In this document: piece by piece, positions 39,727 to 49,216 of the stretch
Position numbering within the stretch: position 1 is the stretch's first letter
Layout: the number at the start of each line of letters is the position of its first letter
Source: Akkermansiaceae bacterium
GTDB lineage: Bacteria; Verrucomicrobiota; Verrucomicrobiia; Verrucomicrobiales; Akkermansiaceae
Direction: 5' to 3'
NCBI GenBank assembly: GCA_051251915.1
Contig: JBPOGF010000005.1
Coordinates: 96,001 to 160,000 of the forward strand
DNA: 64,000 nt
The notes under the pieces: generated by a model
Databases searched by the model: none
Told to the model about the DNA's origin: nothing
What the model saw: only the letters and a program-made list of their open reading frames with translations
Program-made: the position numbers and the translations under genes

Positions 39727-42700
39727 ATGAAATACATTACGATTTTTTCCATCTTCCTGCTTATTTTGCCATACATGCGAGCAGTTGCTGAACCTGACTT
39801 TGTGCCGGTGGGTGGTGGGGCTCTTGATCCTGCGGCTTTTGCTCAATGGGTGGATGGGGAGGAAATAATCATTGATGAAGGAGCGGCTAAAGACGGGCCT
39901 TATTCTGTTGTTTGGACTAAGGGAAAGAAACCGGATTGGCGGGGGGTGAAGTTTGGAGAAGGGTTGGCTGGTGGAGAGCGGCATCTTCGGATTGGTTTTA
40001 AGAAAAGTACCAAGGTTGGTAGTGTGATGGTTAGGGGTGGGGGGGCACTGAGTGTGTTGAAGCCGGGAGCTTCTTATCCTGGGGATTTGGGGGATGATTC
40101 GCAATGGATGGCGGCGGAGCGTTTGGTTGATGGTCGGGTGTCGCAGAAGGAGGTGGATCGTGAGGAATATGCGATTTGGGTTTTGCCTGCGGGAACAAAA
40201 ACAAAGGCTTTGCGGTTTAGCCATTCACCTTCTCTAAGTAGTCCTGAGATGGTGGGGTGGCTTGGTGGTGTGTGGATGCATGAGGAGAGACTGGGGAATG
40301 TGGCTCCGCAGGCGTTGGTACGATCTAGTGCACGGGATGATGTCAGTGCAAAATTGGTGGATGCACAGAACGGTAATGATTTGGACACTTGGGACAATGG
40401 TGAGCAGGGTGCAGAGCTCGTGGTATCTCCGGATGATCCTGAGATCGTCACGTTAACTTGGTCAAAGCCGGTGGATCTAAATGGTATTTGTTTGTTATGG
40501 ACGGGTTTTTCAGCGGTAGAAGTCGAGGCATTTACCGGTAATCCGGAAGAAGTTGTTAGAGAGGCGGCGGATTCTCGTTGGCGGCGGGTTGGTAGTCGGA
40601 GTGGCATGGATGCGCTTTATCCTCTCCCACTGGGAACCAATTGGATTCCTTTCGAAAAACCGGTCAGGACACGAGCGGTGAGGTTGCGTATTATTGATAG
40701 CCTAAAGCCGCAGCATGATCACTTGAAACACCGGGTCAAAGATGGTCGCCGTGTGTGGCTGGGTGAACTGATGGCAATGACGTCGCTGGGTGACCGTGAT
40801 GCGCTCACGAGTATTGTGTTGCCTAAGCAGAGCGAAGAGCCACCGCCGATACCGATCAGGTTTACGCTTCCCGAGGCTGGTGTGGTGACATTGGTGATAG
40901 AGGATGAAAACAATCAGCGGGTGCGAAATCTTGTGAGTGAGACTCCCTTTCCTGCGGGCGAAAATACGGTTTGGTGGGATGGTAGTGATGATCTGTTACG
41001 CGATCCGGAGGCCGCTAAGCATGGGGTCTATCATCTTCCTTCTCGGTTGGTGGAGCCGGGGGACTATCAAGTGCGTGGGCTGTGGCATAAGCCACTGAAG
41101 CTGCATTATGAGTTTAGTATTTATAACGCTGGGAAGCCAGCTTGGGACACTGCTGACAAGACGGGGGGGTGGCTGACTACGCACACGCCGCCGACTAGTA
41201 TGGCGGTGGTTCCAGGAGAGCGCACACGCGATGGCAAGCCGCTCATTTTCATGGGGGCATTTATCGCTGAGGGTGGGCATGGCTTGCAGTGGTTGGATGA
41301 AGATGGGACGAAGCTCGGTGGGCAGCATTGGGTAGGTGGGCACTGGACGGGTGCGCCGACGTTGGCCGTGGATCTTGGTAAAGACGCGAACTTGGAGCAT
41401 CTTTGTTACGTCGGTTCTGTCTGGGAAGGTGAGCTGCGGTTAACGGCAAAAACACGTGATTTAAATGACGCGCCTGTTTTCAAGTTGAAACTTGGCGATG
41501 ATCCCTCTGGAAATAAGTTGGAGGCATCTGAGGTGCTGCGGGATTTCGATGGTGGGGATAAAATGTATGTTCTTGGTGGGATAGCGGCCCATGATGGGAT
41601 GCTGGTTTGTTCTATGGTGAGGCAGGATGAATTGCTGGTTGTTGACATCAAGCAGGGCAAGATTACGAACAAGATCAAGCTGGTTGATCCACGTGGGGTT
41701 CGCTTTGATCGGGAGGGGCGATTGCTTGCTCTGAGTGGTAAGAAGCTGGTTCGCTTTGAGACCCTGAGTAGTGCTCCTAAAGCAGTGATTACTGATGGGC
41801 TGAGCGATCCTCGACATGTGGTGGTTTATAGTAATGATTATTTTCTGATCACTGATCGGGCAGATTCGCATCAGGTTAAGGTTTTTTCTCCGAGTGGTAA
41901 ACGGGTCGGTGTGATAGGGAAACCTGGGGTTCCGGATACGGGGCTTTATGATCCGTTGCATATGAATAATCCTAACGGCTTGGCGGTAGACACTCAGGGG
42001 AAAATTTGGGTGGCAGAGTGTGATGAGCATCCTCGGCGTGTCTCGGTCTGGACGGACAAGGGTAAGCTTTTTAAGGCGTATTATGGGCCGACTGAATATG
42101 GTGGTGGCGGGGTGCTGGATCCGCAGGATAAAACTCGATTTTTCTATAATGGAATGGAGTTCAAACTCGACTGGAAGACGGGCACGGACAAGTTGGTGCG
42201 TGTGTTTCATCGGCCTGAGCCATCATTGATGGCGCACTATGGGCCTTACTCGCCTGACACTCCGCTTTATCCGGCTGCGCGGAAGAATAGCCGCTACTTT
42301 ACTAGCTGTTATACGCACAGCCCTACTAGTGGTGATGACGCGGTGTTCATTTGGGAAGATGCGGCCAAGGAGGCAAAGCTGGTTGCTGGCTTTGGTAAAG
42401 CAAACTCTTGGTCAGTGTTAAGGCAGGAGGAGTTTCTCAAGTATTGGCCAGAAGGAACTAGGCCGCATGAGGAACATCCTGCACGGGAGCATTCATGTGC
42501 GTTTAGCTGGACTGATGCGAATGATGACGGGGTTCCGCAGCCCAAGGAGGTAGAGTTTCTGAAGGCATACTGTAGTGGAGTTACGGTGATGAATGATCTG
42601 TCGGTGGTCGTTTCTCGGTTTAACGATCGGAATGTTAGATTTGCGGCGGCGTTTAATCATGCTGGATTGCCGAGCTATGTGATAACAAAGCCTGAAGACC

Positions 42701-44043
42701 TTGGTGTTGCGGGGGGAAATCCTCCTTCTAGTGGTGGTAACCAATCACTCACTGAACTAGGTGGATGGACGATTCATACCAATGCATCTGAGCCATTTTC
42801 TGCTTATGGACTGGGCGGGACATTTAAGGGTGAAGCTCGTTGGAGCTATCCTAGTGTTTGGCCTGGGTTGCATGCGAGTCATGAAGCGGCGGTGCCGGAT
42901 CGGCCAGGTATGATGGTGGGCCACACGCGGTTGCTTGGTGGGTGGATACAAGGTAAGGCTGGACCGATGTTTTGTGTGAACGGTAATATGGGAAACATGT
43001 ATCTGATCACAGCAGACGGGATGTTTGTCAGTACTTTGTTTAACGACGTTCGGCTAAGGCCGAAGTGGGCTCCACCAGTGGCTGTTAGGAATATGGATGT
43101 GACTGATGTTTCGCTCCATGATGAAAACTTTTGGCCGAGTATTACTCAGACGTCGGACGGGAAGGTTTTTCTAATGAATGGAGGCCGGTCGAGTCTTGTG
43201 CGTTTGGATGGGCTGGAAACGCTCAAGCGACTGCCGGAGCAACGCATCACGGTTACCGCTGATAGTCTAGAGCTAGCCCGAAACTGGTTCAAGCAGAGCG
43301 AAGAGCGCCGTCAGCAGGAACGAGGTAGTGGCACGCTGAATGTGCCATTTCGTGAGGAGGCTCCCCAAGTAGATGGCAGCTTGAGTGACTGGCCACAAAA
43401 CACTGACTGGGCTGACATCGACCGTCGTGGAGTAAGGGCTAATTTTGACAGCGACAGCCGTCCGTATGAAGTTAGTGCAGCGGTGGCATTGTCACGAACA
43501 CACCTTTATGCAGCTTGGCGCACGACGGAGAAAGGACTGCTTAACAATACAGGCGAAACACCTAACGCGCCTTTCAAGCATGGAGGTTGTCTTGACTTGA
43601 TGCTGGCAACGGACCCTTCTGCTGAGGCGGATAGGAACGCGCCTGTGGCTGGAGACCAACGATTACTCATTACACAGGTGAAAGGTAAAACGCTTGCGCT
43701 GCTGTATCGGGCTAAAGTTCCAGGGACGAAAGAGCCGATCGCATTTAGCAGTCCGTGGCGTACTATACCGATCGATGTGATTGAGGACGTTAGTGAAGAG
43801 GTTATGCTCTCTACGGACAAAAATGGAAACTACGAGATTAGCGTTCCTCTGAGCTCACTTCATTGGCGTCCTAAACTGGGTGAAAGCTATCGGGCTGACA
43901 TTGGCATACTACGTGGGTCAAACGGTCAGACGACTCAGCGGGTTTATTGGACCAACAAGGCAACAGCGATCACGGCGGATATCCCGAGTGAGGTAGAACT
44001 CACGCCGAAGCTCTGGGGTAAATGGAAGGTAGAAAGGCGTTAA
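39727..44043 (+). CDS. Large secreted multidomain protein (FlgD-type Ig, beta-propeller, CBM9-like C-terminus)
   Basis: Signal peptide from MKYITIF (ATG 39727); IRFTLPEAGVVTLVIED...VRNLV...WDG; NPNGLAVD..GKIWVAE (NHL-like); APQVDGSLSDW. Confidence 0.7.
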   Translation: MKYITIFSIFLLILPYMRAVAEPDFVPVGGGALDPAAFAQWVDGEEIIIDEGAAKDGPYSVVWTKGKKPDWRGVKFGEGLAGGERHLRIGFKKSTKVGSVMVRGGGALSVLKPGASYPGDLGDDSQWMAAERLVDGRVSQKEVDREEYAIWVLPAGTKTKALRFSHSPSLSSPEMVGWLGGVWMHEERLGNVAPQALVRSSARDDVSAKLVDAQNGNDLDTWDNGEQGAELVVSPDDPEIVTLTWSKPVDLNGICLLWTGFSAVEVEAFTGNPEEVVREAADSRWRRVGSRSGMDALYPLPLGTNWIPFEKPVRTRAVRLRIIDSLKPQHDHLKHRVKDGRRVWLGELMAMTSLGDRDALTSIVLPKQSEEPPPIPIRFTLPEAGVVTLVIEDENNQRVRNLVSETPFPAGENTVWWDGSDDLLRDPEAAKHGVYHLPSRLVEPGDYQVRGLWHKPLKLHYEFSIYNAGKPAWDTADKTGGWLTTHTPPTSMAVVPGERTRDGKPLIFMGAFIAEGGHGLQWLDEDGTKLGGQHWVGGHWTGAPTLAVDLGKDANLEHLCYVGSVWEGELRLTAKTRDLNDAPVFKLKLGDDPSGNKLEASEVLRDFDGGDKMYVLGGIAAHDGMLVCSMVRQDELLVVDIKQGKITNKIKLVDPRGVRFDREGRLLALSGKKLVRFETLSSAPKAVITDGLSDPRHVVVYSNDYFLITDRADSHQVKVFSPSGKRVGVIGKPGVPDTGLYDPLHMNNPNGLAVDTQGKIWVAECDEHPRRVSVWTDKGKLFKAYYGPTEYGGGGVLDPQDKTRFFYNGMEFKLDWKTGTDKLVRVFHRPEPSLMAHYGPYSPDTPLYPAARKNSRYFTSCYTHSPTSGDDAVFIWEDAAKEAKLVAGFGKANSWSVLRQEEFLKYWPEGTRPHEEHPAREHSCAFSWTDANDDGVPQPKEVEFLKAYCSGVTVMNDLSVVVSRFNDRNVRFAAAFNHAGLPSYVITKPEDLGVAGGNPPSSGGNQSLTELGGWTIHTNASEPFSAYGLGGTFKGEARWSYPSVWPGLHASHEAAVPDRPGMMVGHTRLLGGWIQGKAGPMFCVNGNMGNMYLITADGMFVSTLFNDVRLRPKWAPPVAVRNMDVTDVSLHDENFWPSITQTSDGKVFLMNGGRSSLVRLDGLETLKRLPEQRITVTADSLELARNWFKQSEERRQQERGSGTLNVPFREEAPQVDGSLSDWPQNTDWADIDRRGVRANFDSDSRPYEVSAAVALSRTHLYAAWRTTEKGLLNNTGETPNAPFKHGGCLDLMLATDPSAEADRNAPVAGDQRLLITQVKGKTLALLYRAKVPGTKEPIAFSSPWRTIPIDVIEDVSEEVMLSTDKNGNYEISVPLSSLHWRPKLGESYRADIGILRGSNGQTTQRVYWTNKATAITADIPSEVELTPKLWGKWKVERR

Positions 44044-44180
44044 TACGATTATAAAGTCTGAAGAGTTTCATCTGGGCAATAAGGTGCATTTTGCATTGTA
44101 TAAATTTTGCTTCGATTTTTCCGCGGGATCAGTCGAGTGTACCGAGGTGGGATCATGTAATTCAATATTTTAGCGGGCTT

Positions 44181-44244
44181 GTGGGTTATTCCTTGTGCTT
44201 ATTTAGATCGATGTAGTAGATTGTGTTCATGATGAGTTAAGGTT
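44181..44244 (-). repeat. Degenerate ~60-bp dispersed repeat, copy 1 (resembles IS110 transposase 5' end)
   Basis: Aligns by eye to 46704-46765 and 50004-50057; the minus strand encodes MNTIYYIDLNKHKE*. Confidence 0.6.
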
Positions 44245-44301
44245 ATATTATTACAGATAATATACTTGAAGGTCTATATCTCCCGAAAACCCACATTTAA
44301 G

Positions 44302-44850
44302 ATGAAAAAAACACTACTAACAGGAATCATTATATCGGTCACAACAGTTCTAGCTCAAGCTACTATAACAGTAGTTGATACGCCTGATGGCCTCACCATT
44401 AACCCATCGCACGCAGGTAGCGATATCGTTGCATTAGCTGACAGTGGAGGGCAGTTGGTCATAGGAATCGCATCCGGAGCCGCCAACTTTGGGGGTGATA
44501 CTGGAGCGGGTATTGTGTTTACGGATGGTAGTACAGACCTCAATCCGGCAGTGGTGGTGCCTGCACCAGTGTATCAGACTGGAGGCATTTTTCAAGATGG
44601 GGCGGATCTGGGATTGAATTATGTGAGATTAGATATGAATCAGAACGGAACCTATGAAGCAGTAGTAGAGTTTACGACAGGAACTATTAATGCCTTCTCT
44701 GATGATGTTATAACGCGGTATGCGTATGACTCTAATGATGCTAATCTTTCCATTCCTGATGCGGTAGCTGCTTTTGCTGTGCCTGAGCCGTCTTCGGTTT
44801 TGCTACTGGGGTTAAGTGGTGTTGGGTTTGTTTTCAGGAGGCGTAAATAA
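44302..44850 (+). CDS. PEP-CTERM sorting-domain protein
   Basis: Signal peptide MKKTLL (ATG 44302); VPEPSSVLLLGLSGVGFVFRRRK. Confidence 0.9.
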   Translation: MKKTLLTGIIISVTTVLAQATITVVDTPDGLTINPSHAGSDIVALADSGGQLVIGIASGAANFGGDTGAGIVFTDGSTDLNPAVVVPAPVYQTGGIFQDGADLGLNYVRLDMNQNGTYEAVVEFTTGTINAFSDDVITRYAYDSNDANLSIPDAVAAFAVPEPSSVLLLGLSGVGFVFRRRK

Positions 44851-45065
44851 CTCTGATGAGAGCCTTAAAGAGGGCTTTGTTGAGCGGTCATTTGTAAAGC
44901 AAGGCTTGCTTACATGATGCTGTAGGTGCTAATTTTTTTACAAGTTAGATGTTGGATGGGTCTTTCCTGCTTTGTATTTGAAATACGGCTTACGATAATT
45001 ATAAGACCATCTTATTCATTAACTACGACATGGCTTAGAATGTGCTGTAACTTTAGAATCTAAAT

Positions 45066-46139
45066 ATGACAAAATTAATCAAACTTATCAGTGTGTTGGC
45101 TCTCTCTACGATGGGCACAAGTTTTGGGCTCGAACCTGGCGACAAAATTGCTATTGATGGCATCCAAAAGGCGGATTTTCTTAAGGGTGAAAGTTCTAAG
45201 GAATGGGAACCTGGGAAGCTCTATATTATGGAGTGCTGGGCGACGTGGTGTGGACCTTGCATAGCGGCGATTCCTCACATGGATGCGCTTTATGATAAGT
45301 ATGAGGAGAAGGGTCTCAGAGTGGTGGGGATGAATGTGTGGGATGAGAAAGCGGGGCGTGAGAAGGCTGATAAATTTGTCAAAGGGAAGGGTGACGGAAT
45401 GTCATATCCGGTGGCCTATGTGGACAGTGAGAGTGTGTTTCAGAAGGACTGGCTTGATGCGGGTGGGGTAGAGATGATTCCGCATACTTTTGTGGTGAGA
45501 GATGGTGTTCTTTTGTTTGAGGCTCATCCTATGGAGTTGACGGATGAACGGATTCAGTCGTTGTTAGCTGGTGGTGAGGAGTCTGATAAGTTGGTGGCTG
45601 AGTATAGGCGTGTGGCGCAAGCTGAAGTGGATATGAAATTGCGTGCGGCGGAGTTCGCAACAGCACTTAAGGCTGGTGACAAGGAGGCGATGAAAACAGC
45701 TCTTGATGCGGCGGTGAACTTACGTATTGAATCTTATGATCTCGAGAGAATGCAGCTTGAGTATGCTCTTGCAGTAGAAGACTGGGCGATGGTAGCGGAG
45801 GCTCTTGATGGAGATGGTAATACTATCATGACCGTTGTGAGACGTTTAGAATTTAGGGAGGGTGTTCCAGAAGATCTGCTGAATAAAGTGATAGAGACGC
45901 TGCAGGGACAGCGACTGATGCATGGCTATACGTATGCCATGATAGCGACGTATAAATGGAAGCTGGGAGATAAAGAAGGCGCTCAAGAAGCTGCTCAGCA
46001 GGGGGTGGAGAAGATCAAGACTGGGAACTTTTCTGTAGAGCCATTTGAGCAGTTTGCAGCTAAGATGGTGGAAGGTAAGCCTATGTCGCTCAGTGGCCTC
46101 TCACAAGCTATGCGGAATGCTAGCGCAAAGAAGAAGTAG
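45066..46139 (+). CDS. TlpA-family thiol-disulfide oxidoreductase with helical C-terminus
   Basis: ECWATWCGPC, IPHTFVV. Confidence 0.85.
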   Translation: MTKLIKLISVLALSTMGTSFGLEPGDKIAIDGIQKADFLKGESSKEWEPGKLYIMECWATWCGPCIAAIPHMDALYDKYEEKGLRVVGMNVWDEKAGREKADKFVKGKGDGMSYPVAYVDSESVFQKDWLDAGGVEMIPHTFVVRDGVLLFEAHPMELTDERIQSLLAGGEESDKLVAEYRRVAQAEVDMKLRAAEFATALKAGDKEAMKTALDAAVNLRIESYDLERMQLEYALAVEDWAMVAEALDGDGNTIMTVVRRLEFREGVPEDLLNKVIETLQGQRLMHGYTYAMIATYKWKLGDKEGAQEAAQQGVEKIKTGNFSVEPFEQFAAKMVEGKPMSLSGLSQAMRNASAKKK

Positions 46140-46234
46140 CAGTTTAGATGGAGGTGTTTCTTTGCTGCCGCGGACAAGATTTGCGATTATTTTAATTTTA
46201 AGCCCATTTTGGGCCATAGAATTTCTGTAAGAAT

Positions 46235-46624
46235 ATGACGAAAATACGGCTTATCTTGCAATGTGGGTTGCTGGTGCTCTGCACGGGTTGTTCTGACCCG
46301 AATCCCGCGGCTCCTGAGGATTCGCTGCGTAAGATTGAGTTTGATCTGGATGGGATCGATGAGGACGGCCTACGCGGTCCTCCGGGAGGCAAGACTTCGG
46401 TGTCATATGAGTTTGCGATTCCGAATACCGAGAAGTGCAAAGAAGAAGTTCGAAGGATCGACTCGACAATTGAGTTCATGTCGGGATCGAGAGGACGGGT
46501 TCAAGCTGAGGAGGGTGAGAGCCTGTGCATTGGCTCGACTCATCAAGCGAATTACCAAGATGTCTTACAAAGACTGAGTGAATTGTCCTATGTAAAGCGG
46601 ATTATAGAATGTCACTTCGAATAA
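46235..46624 (+). CDS. Hypothetical lipoprotein
   Basis: Lipobox CTGC; KIEFDL...GLRGP...SYEFAIP. Confidence 0.6.
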   Translation: MTKIRLILQCGLLVLCTGCSDPNPAAPEDSLRKIEFDLDGIDEDGLRGPPGGKTSVSYEFAIPNTEKCKEEVRRIDSTIEFMSGSRGRVQAEEGESLCIGSTHQANYQDVLQRLSELSYVKRIIECHFE

Positions 46625-46703
46625 ATATACTTCTTGCTCGATGAAGTAGGGAAGTGGTGGTTGGGCTTGGTGTGTCACCTTATGGGTTATGGTTTTGAGT
46701 CTG

Positions 46704-46765
46704 GTGGATTATTCCCTGTGAAGGTCTAGTCCGATGTTGTATGTATTTCATGATGAGTTTGGGTT
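46704..46765 (-). repeat. Degenerate ~60-bp dispersed repeat, copy 2
   Basis: Minus strand reads ATG AAA TAC A, then (shifted) YNIGLDLHRE*. Shares GTGG.TTATTCC.TGTG, CGATGT.GTA and TTCATGATGAGTT with copy 1. Confidence 0.6.
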
Positions 46766-46875
46766 CTGGTATTCCTAGCCATAGGGTTGATTGGTTTTGG
46801 TGCACCTTTGTTAGATAGCAGACTCAAGGAAACCTTAAGCTCAATACAATACTAGCCCTTTCACTATAAAACGCG

Positions 46876-48381
46876 ATGATTTCACATTTTAAACGTCTTC
46901 TTCCTCTCCGAGGCTTGTCCGTATGGCTGGCTATTTCATGCTGTGCTTATGGGGCAATTTATGAGGTGGGTTCTGGGGATGAAGTTGAGGAGTTGATTGA
47001 ATCTGGGAAGTTGTTGGCGGGGGATGAAATTGTTTGGGCTGATGGGGAGTATGCGGATGTGGAGCTGAATATTGATAAGGTTGATGGCGTGGGTGGGAAG
47101 CCGATTACTTTGCGTGCTGCGAGGCCTGGGGGTGTTGTGTTTCGGGGAGAGTCTCAGCTTAATATTGGAGCTAAGTGGTGGGTGATCGATGGATTTCATT
47201 TTGATGGGAAGACTGGTGGGGTGAATGCTTATAACTCGGTGCAGTTTCGTGGTCAGGGAGGCACTGGGGCGGAGCATGTGCGGTTGACGCGTTGTGCGCT
47301 TACTGATCTAACCTGTGAGGATGAATCGTCTAAGTGGGTTCAGATTTATGGGAGGTTTAATACGATCGATCACTGTCATTTCAGTGGTAAGAATTCTAAG
47401 GGGGCACTGATCACGGTGGAGCTGGGTGCTCTGAGTGAGGGGGAGACGGCGGAGCATAGGATAGAAATGAATTATTTTGGGGATGTGGCTCCGCAGGAGG
47501 GGACGGATAATGAGACGATTCGGGTGGGTTTCAGCGGTGATCAGAATAAACCTGCGAGGTGTGTGATTCAGCGGAACTTGTTTGTGCGATGTAATGGGGA
47601 GAATGAGATCATTAGTAACAAGTCTAGTTTTAATACTTATTATTCGAACACGTTTAGGGCGTGTGATGGAGCTTTAGTGTTGCGGCATGGGCATCATGCT
47701 CGGGTTGAGGGGAATTACTTTTTTGGTGATGGGGCGGAGAATGCTGGGGGGATTCGGGTGGTGGATAGTCATCATGTGATTCTTAATAATTACATGCAGG
47801 ATCTTACGGGGACGACGTGGAATGCGGCATTTTCGATTTTGGGTGGGAAGCAGAAGTCTGGTGGTGCGGAGAATGGTTACCAGGCGGTGGATGAAATATT
47901 GGTGGCGCATAATACGATGGTGAATTGTAAACGCAGTATTTTCTTTAACAAAGCCAAGGGGGCGCGGGCTCCTTCTGGAATGTTTGCCAATAATCTGGTG
48001 AGCGGCTCTGATGGGCCTTTGATCACAGTGGAATTGTCTATCGGGGGTATTAATTGGCTGGGCAATCTGATGCATGGTGCGGAGGTGGGGGCAGATGTTA
48101 AAGTTATCAGTGCTGATCCTCAACTGAGGTTGCGTGATGGGGTGTATCGTCTAAGCGTGACAAGTCCTGTTATAGGTGGCGCGGTGGTGATTCCTTTTGT
48201 GGTGGAAAAAGATATGGATGGTGAGTTAAGGCCGAAATCAGGACACGATATTGGAGCGGATGAAGTGGATGGTCTAGTAGGTAATGTGGCGACTGCTTCG
48301 CTGCGGCCAAAGGATGTGGGGGTAAGTTATTTAAGAGAGCGAGAAGAGCGAGAAGAGCGAGAAGAGCGAGGTGAGCGATGA
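46876..48381 (+). CDS. Polysaccharide lyase family 6 (chondroitinase B / alginate lyase-like)
   Basis: AGDEIVWADGEY, PITLRA..PGGV, IDHCHFSGK, NETIRVG, CNGENEIISNKS, LRHG. Confidence 0.85.
   Translation: MISHFKRLLPLRGLSVWLAISCCAYGAIYEVGSGDEVEELIESGKLLAGDEIVWADGEYADVELNIDKVDGVGGKPITLRAARPGGVVFRGESQLNIGAKWWVIDGFHFDGKTGGVNAYNSVQFRGQGGTGAEHVRLTRCALTDLTCEDESSKWVQIYGRFNTIDHCHFSGKNSKGALITVELGALSEGETAEHRIEMNYFGDVAPQEGTDNETIRVGFSGDQNKPARCVIQRNLFVRCNGENEIISNKSSFNTYYSNTFRACDGALVLRHGHHARVEGNYFFGDGAENAGGIRVVDSHHVILNNYMQDLTGTTWNAAFSILGGKQKSGGAENGYQAVDEILVAHNTMVNCKRSIFFNKAKGARAPSGMFANNLVSGSDGPLITVELSIGGINWLGNLMHGAEVGADVKVISADPQLRLRDGVYRLSVTSPVIGGAVVIPFVVEKDMDGELRPKSGHDIGADEVDGLVGNVATASLRPKDVGVSYLREREEREEREERGER
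48337..48381 (+). repeat. 9-bp tandem repeat at the PL6 C-terminus
   Basis: GAGCGAGAA x3, then GAGCGAGGT and GAGCGATGA (the last unit holds the stop codon). Confidence 0.9.
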
Positions 48382-48420
48382 GGAAGATGAAGCATTAATC
48401 GTTATCAATGGCAGCAAGTT

Positions 48421-49170
48421 ATGATTTTAGATAGGCGATTCGCGAGTGACCGATTGGGGTGTGAGAGGCTGCATAGTCATGACTATGCTGTGGTGGTTGC
48501 GGTAGTGGGTGGGGTGATTGACTTACGGATTGCTGATGAATTGGTGTGTCTGAAGAGGGGGAGTATCTGCTTCATTGAGCTTGGGTTCACTCATCAAATT
48601 CTTGGGACTTCTGAGGATTTTTCTGGGGTCCATGTGTTGTCTCTGGCTTGTTCGTTTTTGTTGTCGTCTGGGGTGAAGCCTAGTAGCGGGGTTGTGGTTC
48701 ATGATGTGGAGTTGCATGGTCGGTTCATCAAATGGATGGAGGCTGAGAGGAAGGAGGATGTGTGTGGGGATGCTATTTTACCTGTGCTTGAGGAGTGTGG
48801 GGTTCGGTTGATTTCTCTGGAGAATGGTGGGGTGGATGAGTCTAGTCATTGGGTGGCTAGGAGGATCAAGGCTTTGCTTGATGATGGGGGAGATGCTGAG
48901 GCATGTTTTGGGTTTATCTCGGAGCAAATGCCGTTTTCTAAGGAACATTGTAACCGGGTGTTTAAGAAATTCTATGGGATTACGATTCAGGCGTATTCGC
49001 TGAATGTTAGGGCGGACAGGGCGCGGGTATTGCTGAAGAGTGGGATGTCAATTTCTGATGTGGCTTTGGTGGCGGGGTTCTATGATCAGAGCCAGTTTAG
49101 CAAAGTTTTCAGGAGCATTTATCAGATGACCCCTGGTGAATATCAAAGGCAGGTGGTGGGAGAATCTTGA
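48421..49170 (+). CDS. AraC-family transcriptional regulator
   Basis: N-terminal cupin-like LHSHD; C-terminal ISDVALVAGFYDQSQFSKVFR..TPGEY. Confidence 0.9.
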   Translation: MILDRRFASDRLGCERLHSHDYAVVVAVVGGVIDLRIADELVCLKRGSICFIELGFTHQILGTSEDFSGVHVLSLACSFLLSSGVKPSSGVVVHDVELHGRFIKWMEAERKEDVCGDAILPVLEECGVRLISLENGGVDESSHWVARRIKALLDDGGDAEACFGFISEQMPFSKEHCNRVFKKFYGITIQAYSLNVRADRARVLLKSGMSISDVALVAGFYDQSQFSKVFRSIYQMTPGEYQRQVVGES

Positions 49171-49216
49171 TCAGTCTGATACAAGAGTAATCTGAGGTAT
49201 GTGTTATTCTTTGGAT

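Noticed and set aside
39709..43820. Many long minus-strand ORFs (up to 249 aa) antisense to the giant protein
   Set aside because: Shadow ORFs favoured by the strong strand skew; no motifs or start signals.
48382..48420. Possible frameshifted N-terminal extension of AraC (ATG A AGC ATT AAT...)
   Set aside because: Cannot be distinguished from chance without homologs, and an in-frame ATG exists at 48421.
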